In this document: piece after piece, positions 49,614 to 58,300 of the stretch
Numbering within the stretch: the stretch's first letter is position 1
Layout: each line of letters opens with the position of its first letter
Virus record (IMG/VR): IMGVR_UViG_3300009159_000048
Coordinates: 1-64,000 of that record
Strand: one strand, 5' to 3'
Source: a virus
Length of the DNA: 64,000 nt
Notes under the pieces: model-generated
Told to the model about the DNA's origin: nothing
Seen by the model: the letters and a program-made list of their open reading frames with translations, nothing else
The model's database searches: none
Program-made: the position numbers and the translations under genes

Positions 49614-50375
49614 ATGACACCATTAAATTCTTTTACATACATAATCGGGTACAGACACTCAACAGAAAGACTAAATAATCTAAAAAGAGTTTTAGATTGG
49701 ATTAACGGATTTCAAGGAGTTGATGTTATTGTCATTGAACAAGATACACACAGTAAGATTTCTCATCTAAGTCTAAAATGTAGACATATATTTCTTAAAT
49801 CAAATTTACCATATAACAAATCTTGGGCATTCAATGTAGCAACTAAAATGTCAAGATCCAATATAATCGTGTTTGCAGACTCGGACTTAATTATGGATCC
49901 AAATAATTTTATTGAAGGTCTTAGATTACTAGAAAAATTTGAAATGGTAAATCCATATCAATCTGTAATAGATTTAGACCCACAAGAATCAGGTTCTCAA
50001 CTTGAACAAATGACAAAGATCGAAAGATCTGGTAGAGGAGAAACAGACCATCAAAAAGTTCCAATCTGTGGAGGCATTTGTATGTTTAGAAGAGAAGCAA
50101 TTATGAAAGTTGGTGGATGGAATGAAGACTTCATTGGTTGGGGAGCAGAAGATGATTTTGTATCTCATAAAGTAAAACAATTCTTAAATTGGCATCAATT
50201 GCCACATAAGTGCTATCATCTTTACCACACTAGAAATCAACCAGATATGACTGCATATCAAAGAAACTTACAATTACTAAATCAGTTAATTGCGCTTCCA
50301 AAAGAAGAACTTGTTAAAACAATTAACAAGTCTATTCCAAAACAAGCTATGTTAAATAAGTATGATAATTTCTAA
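49614..50375 (+). CDS. GT2/GT7-like glycosyltransferase
   Basis: YNKSWAFN, DSD, GGWNEDFIGWGAEDD and HLYH. Confidence 0.85.
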   Translation: MTPLNSFTYIIGYRHSTERLNNLKRVLDWINGFQGVDVIVIEQDTHSKISHLSLKCRHIFLKSNLPYNKSWAFNVATKMSRSNIIVFADSDLIMDPNNFIEGLRLLEKFEMVNPYQSVIDLDPQESGSQLEQMTKIERSGRGETDHQKVPICGGICMFRREAIMKVGGWNEDFIGWGAEDDFVSHKVKQFLNWHQLPHKCYHLYHTRNQPDMTAYQRNLQLLNQLIALPKEELVKTINKSIPKQAMLNKYDNF

Positions 50376-51138
50376 GAATCATTTACAATCAATTTGTAAC
50401 TACACCGAAGTCAGTTCTATTAAAAATCCTCAATTTTCTTACATTGAAATGGAAGAGAGTAATTCTGATGATTATAAAAGAAGAATACAATCTATAAATA
50501 GAGGACTTGCGATTGATGCTCTCCTAGACAATAAAGAAGAAGAGTATAAAAATAGAGAAAATTATTTAGAAGAAGATTTTGATTCAGAGAGTTATGTAAG
50601 TACTGTAACCCCAAAGATTAAAACTATAAGTCTAAACAATCCTATTAAGTATAATTCATTAGATAGTATTTTTGATTACACTCTAAATCAATTAGAATCA
50701 CTAACATCAAATTCGATGACTGGTAAAAATATAGATTTAACACTATCAATAGATCCTTCTTTATCAGATTATGATAATTTTCAAGCAAACACTAGGAGAG
50801 TTTTGACTAGAATTATGTTAGTTAATAATATGATTACTCAGACATCCAGAATAGGACCTGCTTCATCTATAATATTAGGAGAAGATGTATTTAAAATTAT
50901 TTCTCAATCATCTAATTTCTCATATCAAGTATCAGGAACCGGACCGATAAACGGAACAATTGCTGGACTATCTGTTATTTTTTCAGAAAAATTAACAAAA
51001 AATAAAGTGATTTTAATTAGAACTAATTCCAACTCTGATAATGGACTAAATGTAATTAATGATACACAAAATGGTGAGTTTTATATAAAAGAAACACCTA
51101 ACTGGCAGAAAATGATACACTGGTTTAGTGTTATTTAA
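50362..51138 (+). CDS. Protein containing a T4 gp23-like major-capsid fragment (tentative)
   Basis: RRVLTRIMLVNNMITQTSRIGPASSIIL...GTIAGLSVI resembles the gp23 segment ...EIARQTGRGEGNFII...AGVLGGKYRV. Confidence 0.45.
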   Translation: MIISKNHLQSICNYTEVSSIKNPQFSYIEMEESNSDDYKRRIQSINRGLAIDALLDNKEEEYKNRENYLEEDFDSESYVSTVTPKIKTISLNNPIKYNSLDSIFDYTLNQLESLTSNSMTGKNIDLTLSIDPSLSDYDNFQANTRRVLTRIMLVNNMITQTSRIGPASSIILGEDVFKIISQSSNFSYQVSGTGPINGTIAGLSVIFSEKLTKNKVILIRTNSNSDNGLNVINDTQNGEFYIKETPNWQKMIHWFSVI

Positions 51139-51667
51139 GAGCAACTCTTAACTTATCATACTTAGATAATAACTTAAACATACGATCCCACTCATCTCCA
51201 GGATTCTCAATCTTCTTTTCAAACCACTTGTTATTATTAAGATATTCAACTATCATACCAACCTTAAAGTCTTCTAACTTTGTTGGTTTCCAATATCTAA
51301 CTTGTTCAACAAAAGAAAATGAAAGTCCATTATAAAGGTAGGAAACATTATCAGAGTCTGTATTATATAAAACTATACCTAACGGTTTTTCAGAACCATC
51401 TCTGAATAGTTTCTTCGCTCCTGTCTCACCTTTATATTTTATTATACCACACTCTTGATTAAAATGATTCAGTAGAAAAATTAGTTCTTTTCTTAACACA
51501 TCATTATCAACATCAGAAAAAGCTAAAGCAGAATCTTCATATTGGTCTTTGTAGAATCCTTTTATAGGTAAAATTTGATAATCTTTAGCATATAGTATAG
51601 ATAACATACTTTCTATCTTATCAGAAGAAAGCAAAATAAAAGAAAGATTCTTATTAGTTAGATCCAT
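51131..51667 (-). CDS. Hypothetical protein
   Basis: 178 aa; TAATATATA upstream. Confidence 0.65.
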   Translation of the reverse strand: MDLTNKNLSFILLSSDKIESMLSILYAKDYQILPIKGFYKDQYEDSALAFSDVDNDVLRKELIFLLNHFNQECGIIKYKGETGAKKLFRDGSEKPLGIVLYNTDSDNVSYLYNGLSFSFVEQVRYWKPTKLEDFKVGMIVEYLNNNKWFEKKIENPGDEWDRMFKLLSKYDKLRVALK

Positions 51668-51693
51668 ACTTTATATATTAAAATATCAATATG

Positions 51694-52944
51694 CTAATTG
51701 ACATCGACAAGTCCAAACTCTTTTTGTATCTCAGAATTAAATAAATTTGATACTTCGTCTTTGTATTTTTTTGGATAAACTATACTATCATGTACAGTAA
51801 TGACTTTTATATCTGGATATAACACCATCATCTTTTTGATGACTTTATTATAAATTAATCTAGATTCAGCTCTTTGTAAATCATATGATAAAGATTTATA
51901 ATCACCTGAGTCTTTTTTGTATAATTTAATGAAATTATGTATGGTTGGGAAAATAGAAGCAAACTGTTTATCTATTTTACTATTTGATGAGTTTCTACCA
52001 AAAAGAACTTTATAAGTCATTTCCTTAACTAATTTTCTATCTTTGACATTAAGAGAAGTCATCATAAACTCATAGTAAGTTCCATTCAACGTAAGAGACT
52101 TAAAGAACTCAAATTCTTCTTTCTTAACCCATGATGTTTGTGTATCTTCTATCAAACGACAAAGGAATAAAGGTTGTGAATTTTTAATATCTATTTCGCA
52201 AGTTTCTTCACCGTCAATTAATAAACAATTTTTTCTAATAAAAGATCTTAATATTGTAAAATTCGTGTGCATTCTACCATATGAATCAAAATGAAAGAAT
52301 ATATGTTTATCTGAAATAGATTCAACCGAGTAAGAATTTCTATTATAAATATCGATATCTTTTCTTTTCAATCTATTTAGAAAATCCATAGATCTTTCTT
52401 TATCAATACCAACAGTATATAAATCAGATACTAACTTTTGCCTTACTTCTAAATTTATAGGACTTAAATCAACAGAATCATAATCAATTGTTTGTATGAT
52501 TTTATTCTTATATTTTTTCAACAATATCTTATCTTGATTATTGTATCTAAGAATTCTGTTTCTAAAAAATCTTGGATTAAGTGAATAAGTTCTACTTTTT
52601 TGACCAGCCTTATAATTTCTTTCCATTTTAATAAAACCTTTCTCAACTAAATATGAAATGTAAAAATTATAAAGATGACCATACTTCTTTTTAAGAATAG
52701 TTGCATTGAGTACAAATCCATTTTCTTTCTTAAAGAAATATTTTAATACCATATTGTGAACGATATCAATCAGATAATCTGATTTTAGTTTTTGATTATT
52801 GAAAAAAATATGTTTAGAATTTTTGAGGTATTCTAAATCTTCTGGTAAAAATTGCAATGAATTTTTTTTATTTTTTATCTTACTACTTATTAATCTTGTA
52901 TAGTCTATATATCGAATTTCTTCTATATTATCGTAATGTCTCAT
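51694..52944 (-). CDS. Minimal family A polymerase-like protein
   Basis: YGRMHT, motif A EIDIKNSQP, motif B RKLVKEMTYKVLFG, LQRAES and motif C TVHDSI; no exonuclease domain. Confidence 0.65.
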   Translation of the reverse strand: MRHYDNIEEIRYIDYTRLISSKIKNKKNSLQFLPEDLEYLKNSKHIFFNNQKLKSDYLIDIVHNMVLKYFFKKENGFVLNATILKKKYGHLYNFYISYLVEKGFIKMERNYKAGQKSRTYSLNPRFFRNRILRYNNQDKILLKKYKNKIIQTIDYDSVDLSPINLEVRQKLVSDLYTVGIDKERSMDFLNRLKRKDIDIYNRNSYSVESISDKHIFFHFDSYGRMHTNFTILRSFIRKNCLLIDGEETCEIDIKNSQPLFLCRLIEDTQTSWVKKEEFEFFKSLTLNGTYYEFMMTSLNVKDRKLVKEMTYKVLFGRNSSNSKIDKQFASIFPTIHNFIKLYKKDSGDYKSLSYDLQRAESRLIYNKVIKKMMVLYPDIKVITVHDSIVYPKKYKDEVSNLFNSEIQKEFGLVDVN

Positions 52945-52990
52945 ATAGATTTATATCAAAAATTAAAGTAGGTGTTTGTATAAAAAAAAA

Positions 52991-53191
52991 TTAATTATTA
53001 AAAATTTTGTTGATGGAATTTTTTCGATTTTGTCTTCTTAATTCCTTAGCAAAATATCCCTCAAAAGAACTAATGTCAATATCACTAAATACCTCTAAAT
53101 CTTTAGCCATCTCTCGAGTCCAAGAAGCCTTCAATGTTCTTGTTTGAGATTTAACTTCAACAGAAGTCATGCTAATATCAATCGATTTCAT
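52991..53191 (-). CDS. Mini-protein resembling a T4 gp23-type major-capsid segment
   Basis: VEVKSQTRTLKASWTREMAKDL versus gp23 IEAKSRQLKAAYSIELAQDL. Confidence 0.6.
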   Translation of the reverse strand: MKSIDISMTSVEVKSQTRTLKASWTREMAKDLEVFSDIDISSFEGYFAKELRRQNRKNSINKIFNN

Positions 53192-54534
53192 TACTTAGTT
53201 GGTGTTTTAGGAGTTTCTTCTTCGGTCTCAGGTACAATAGGTAGTTTACCACCTTTGCCTTTTTTCTTCTTATCAGATTCAACACCTTTCTCGAATTCAG
53301 AATAAACATCTGGATAAACTTGACCCTCAGCATCTTGGTCATATTGAATCTCAAAGAAATCACCAAAGTCTAAAAGACCAGCTCTACCAAGTTCAATTTG
53401 TTGCATCTTATTAAGATAAGTTGAAATATAACTATCTATATCTGCTACAAATTTATTAAATAAAGTTACTGTATTATCAGTAAATATACCAATTGCTTTT
53501 TTCTTCTTTTTATTGAATGATCCCAAAACAACCTTGAAGATATATTCTAATTTCTCATCTTCTTTTATGTAATCTTTTGTTAATTTATTATTAATTAACT
53601 CTGTATTAATTTTAAATTTATCTTTATCAAAAAAATCAGGAACAGTAAAATCAAAATTTAGTAAATCTTCTTTTACCTCAGAAACATAAATATTGAAAAG
53701 TTTACTAATCAAGTAAATATAGATATCGTCTTTTTTATCACCTTTTAATTTAATATCTTCTAAATTGACTGACTGACAGAAGTTTAAGAAGTTAATTAGA
53801 ATCAATGTGTATATTTCAACAAACTCTGTGTTATTTGTCTCACTTAATCTTTTATATAAAGGATTCAATAACTCAAATGACATATCTTTACTTTGACATC
53901 TTATTATCATTTTTTCCAAGTTTTTCTGAAAATCTTCATCCATTAAGAACGAATTATCAATTTTAGGATTTAATATCTTATAAAAGAAGTATGAGAATGA
54001 TTTTTCACCAAAGATATATTCTAAATCATTTTCTGATGTATTGATAAAATACTTTATAGCCTCTATCATATTTTCTGTTAATTTACCCTGATATATTATA
54101 GGAAGTAAATCCACGTTCAATAATCTTGAATACTCGGTGAGTTCATCAATGTTCAACTCATACTTATTTGATTTATAGATTCCAGTAAGAACTAATTGAT
54201 TTTTAGGAACTCTATTATACTCAATATTAGCTGGTTGATTGTCGGGAAAATACTCAAAACAAAACCACCACTTTTTATTTAATAATCCTTTTATTCTATC
54301 ATCTAAAGAATTAAAAAAGTCAATTGCTGGATTATAATAATTTTGCATAGCCAAGTCTATAAGATTTATAGACTGTGATGTTACTGACTTTGGTTTAATT
54401 TGAAATTCTTTCCCGTTCCAATTAACCCATATTTTACTACCTTGTACATCTTCATATACAAATATCTCATCAGCAAATAGGTCATTTAGAATTTGGTCAT
54501 CGGTTAGACCATTAAGTGTAATTAATTTACTCAT
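53191..54534 (-). CDS. RNA/DNA ligase-fold protein, apparently lacking the catalytic lysine
   Basis: YEDVQGS in place of EKxDG; FCFEY, LVLTGI, PIIYQG and LEKMIIR are in ligase motif order. Confidence 0.5.
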   Translation of the reverse strand: MSKLITLNGLTDDQILNDLFADEIFVYEDVQGSKIWVNWNGKEFQIKPKSVTSQSINLIDLAMQNYYNPAIDFFNSLDDRIKGLLNKKWWFCFEYFPDNQPANIEYNRVPKNQLVLTGIYKSNKYELNIDELTEYSRLLNVDLLPIIYQGKLTENMIEAIKYFINTSENDLEYIFGEKSFSYFFYKILNPKIDNSFLMDEDFQKNLEKMIIRCQSKDMSFELLNPLYKRLSETNNTEFVEIYTLILINFLNFCQSVNLEDIKLKGDKKDDIYIYLISKLFNIYVSEVKEDLLNFDFTVPDFFDKDKFKINTELINNKLTKDYIKEDEKLEYIFKVVLGSFNKKKKKAIGIFTDNTVTLFNKFVADIDSYISTYLNKMQQIELGRAGLLDFGDFFEIQYDQDAEGQVYPDVYSEFEKGVESDKKKKGKGGKLPIVPETEEETPKTPTK

Positions 54535-54573
54535 AAATTGATTTCTGTTTTTATCAAGTTTATATATTAAAAG

Positions 54574-54855
54574 TTAGGAGTTCTGTAAAAAATCTAATAT
54601 TTTGTCAATATTTTCTTTACAATAACCTCCTTGAAATGGAATTCCACCTGATTTTAGATAGTTATTATAAAGATCATTAAATTCATCTTCACTGTAAAAT
54701 TTATTATCTAAATCTGAAAATACTACTGTAGTATCAGAAGCGTCTACTGTTTTATTTTGTAGTCTTGTTTCACCATATGCTGGACCAATCGGACCAACCA
54801 ATTCAGTACCAGAAATCTCTTCTGTGATAAATTTGTTAAATTTTTTAATCTTCAT
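54574..54855 (-). CDS. Hypothetical protein with capsid-targeting-like leader
   Basis: MKIKKFNKFITEE from ATG 54855. Confidence 0.6.
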   Translation of the reverse strand: MKIKKFNKFITEEISGTELVGPIGPAYGETRLQNKTVDASDTTVVFSDLDNKFYSEDEFNDLYNNYLKSGGIPFQGGYCKENIDKILDFLQNS

Positions 54856-55303
54856 TACTAACATTTAATTTTTCAAAGTATTCATCTTGTTCTTGAAGAG
54901 AATATTGATTCTTCTTAATATTATATATTATATTATAAAGAAACTTATCATGCATTTTGTGTTTTTCATCAGACTTCATAATAATTAAAGACTCTTCACT
55001 TTCAAAATCGTCAGTGATATCAATTATTTGCAATCCAAACTTACCATTTCTATCATGTAAATCACAAATAATTTTTTTATCTTTTTCTAACAATTCTTTA
55101 ACTTTTTTAGAAGTTGAATTTTTAGAAAGCATCATATAATCTCTATCCTCTATCTTAGAAGTTTGATTATAAAGGTCAAGAAATTCTCTTTCTCTCTTCG
55201 TTATACGAACCCTTTTTGAGATTTTATCCAATATTCTATTCATCTCGATTTCTTTTATTGATTCACCAAGTATGTAGTATTTAAATAATTTAGATATCTT
55301 CAT
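54845..55303 (-). CDS. Hypothetical protein
   Basis: 152 aa; ILDKIS...REREFLD motif. Confidence 0.65.
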   Translation of the reverse strand: MKISKLFKYYILGESIKEIEMNRILDKISKRVRITKREREFLDLYNQTSKIEDRDYMMLSKNSTSKKVKELLEKDKKIICDLHDRNGKFGLQIIDITDDFESEESLIIMKSDEKHKMHDKFLYNIIYNIKKNQYSLQEQDEYFEKLNVSNED

Positions 55304-55383
55304 CAGATTGGTAAATTTTTATAGTTTATATATTATACATGTAATAACGGTTTTTATATATACTATCGAAATAAAAGTTTTTT

Positions 55384-58300
55384 ATGGATAAACAGTTATT
55401 AAAAGCTCTTGATAATTTAGGAAATGCTTTAGAACTTCTTACAGATGCTCTAGCGAGTAAAAAAGAAGCTAAGTCTGATACTGCTCAAGCCATTAGTGGC
55501 GGTGACTTTGGTAAACAATTGGAGTCCATAAACTCAGGTATAAAGTCTATTAAAGCAGACACTCAAGCAATACTTAATAATCAGAAGACAATTGTTGATT
55601 TACAGAAAAAAAAGAACTCAGATAAAAAAACAGATGAGTTTGAGTCAGCTGAAACAGACAAGAAAAAAGAATCAAATATAAAGAAAGGTGTTGGTACAAT
55701 ACTTTTAATAGCAATTGCGGTATTAGCAATCGGTATGGCATTTAAGATTGTCGGAAAAGTAGATTTTCTATCAGTAATAGGACTTAGTTTGGCGATATTA
55801 TTAATCGCAGTTGCTTTTGAGAGAATCGCAAAAAGTGGTCTTACTCCTAGATCAGCATTGGGTGCGTCTATAGTAATGGGAATAATTTCACTTGGAGTTC
55901 TCATATCATCATTTATTCTTTCTAAGATTCAGAAAATAACCATTATGCAGTTCCTAAGCGCGGTAATGATAGCTACACTATTTTACTTTATCGCACCAGT
56001 AATGGCAGATGTCATAAATAGACTTCAAGATGAAACTGAACTTTCGATGGATGATGGAAAGGGAGGTAAAACGAAGATGAGGACAAAAAAAATGTCTTGG
56101 GGTAAACTATTTGGCATGGTCATCGGGTTACCACTAATAATGCTTGCTATGTCAATAGGTATAACTGTATCATCTTGGATATTATCTAAAATAAGACCAA
56201 TGACTATTCCACAAATAATAACTGCTATTTTAATAGCAGGTATGTTTACTGTTGTCGCATCAGGCATAAAAGGTTTATTACACGCATTGACTGAAGAAAC
56301 TGAAGTACAAGCAAAAGGATTTGGAGGTAAACAAAAAGGTATTAATATGGGTAAACTATTCCAATTATGTTTGATTTTACCAGTATTAATGGCATCAATA
56401 GCAGCGGGTATAACTTTATCATCTTGGATATTAAGTTTAATTAAACCAATAAGTTTTAGTCAGGCTATAACTGCAATTGCGATTGGTTTTATGTTCGCTG
56501 TTATATCAATTGGTATTAAAGGTTTATTAACGGCTCTTGCTGTCGTACTACAATTATTCGGAATGGGAACTATGTTAAAACTAGCAGCTGTTGTAGTTTT
56601 GATACTACCAGCGATGGCATTGGCAATAACAGCCTCTTCTTGGATATTATCTAAAGTTAAACCGATGTCATTTATGCAAATATTTGTGGCTATCGTTATT
56701 ACGCTTATGTTCGCAATATTGAGTTATGTAATGCCTTATTTAGCAGCTGGTATTATCGCAATTGACAAAATACTCGGAACTAAAAAACTGTTCTTAATTC
56801 CACTAACACTTGTGGCCATCTCGACCGCGATTTGGTTATCATCTCACATATTAGCTGAGATGAAAGAGATTCCTTGGATGAAGATGTTAAAGATATTAGT
56901 TTATGGTATAATTATGGCACTTGTAGTAACCGCATTTACACCAGCGGTCATATTCCTGGGACTATTACCACTTAGTAGTTTAATAAAAGGTGTTGTTGGT
57001 ATTGTTCTTATATCAATGGCAATTGTAATAAGTTCAATGATACTAGCTAAAGGTAAATATGAAAAACCACCTAAATGGTCTTGGACTCTTCAAGTAGCTC
57101 TAGCATTTGCGGTATTCGCACCAGCAGTTGTTCTTTTAGGATTGTTACCACTTCCTGTTATTATACTCGGTCTAGTCGCAGTAGCTATTGTTGCAGTTGC
57201 AATAGTTCTTACTGATAAAATATTAGCAAAAGGTCAGTATAAAAAATATCCACCAACTAAATGGACGTTAGGTGTAGTCGCTGTACTAGCACCATTTGCT
57301 TTAGGAATGGCATATTTAGGTCCATTAATAATTCCAATAGTACTAGGAGCTGTAGCAATATTAGTAGTAGCAGCGAGTATAGTCGCGGTTTCTAAAATAA
57401 TATCAAAAGGTAGTTACGATAAATTCCCTCCTTTAGAGTGGACCAAATCAGTTACTCTAAGTATGGGAGTCTTTGGAGTTGCTATGTTAGGAATGGGTTC
57501 TCTTATTGTTGGGAGTTTAGGTTTAGGACTAGTAGCACTAGCAGCTGGTGGTGAAGCTGTACTGATGATAGCACAAACAGTCGTAGACACAGCAGCAGTT
57601 CTTGGAAGAGGTAGTTTTAATGGTGGACCAACAAAAGAATGGGCTCAAGGTGTATCAATAGCACTTGGTGCTTTCTCAATAGTTTATAAAATGTTAGCAG
57701 ATAATGCCTTCTGGTCATTCTTTGGAATGGGTGGAATAGGTCCAAATGAATTTGCTGCTGGTATTAAAGTAGTTACAAAAGGAATTATCGTGGCTGCAAA
57801 AGAATTTGAGTTAAACAAAGCGGCATTTAAGGAAGGTCCTTCAGAAAAATGGGCCAAAGGTGTTGCTATAGCAATCGGAGCATTCGCACCAGTTTATAAA
57901 GTTCTACTTGGTGAAGGAAGAAGTTTATTTGATAAAGTATTCGGAGGACCAGCACCTAAGCCAGAAGATATGGCCAAAGCAATTAGAACAATATCTTCTG
58001 GTATTATAGTTGCCGCTCAGTTCTTTGCGAAAAATAAAGTTGCATTTAAGGAAGGTAACTACCCATCTAAAAAATGGGGTGTTGGTGTAGGAAAAGCAAT
58101 TGGAGCATTCGCACCGGTTTTTCAATTATTATCAGGAAAAAGTTGGTATCAGTCAAGTGATGATGTGATACGTGGAATGGGCAAAGCAATAAAAGCGGTC
58201 AGTAAAGCGATTATTTCTTCAGGTGAAATATTTGGAAAAGCAGAGGATGGAGTTTTTAACTGGAAAAAAGCACCAAATAAAAAATGGGCATCGGGAGTAT

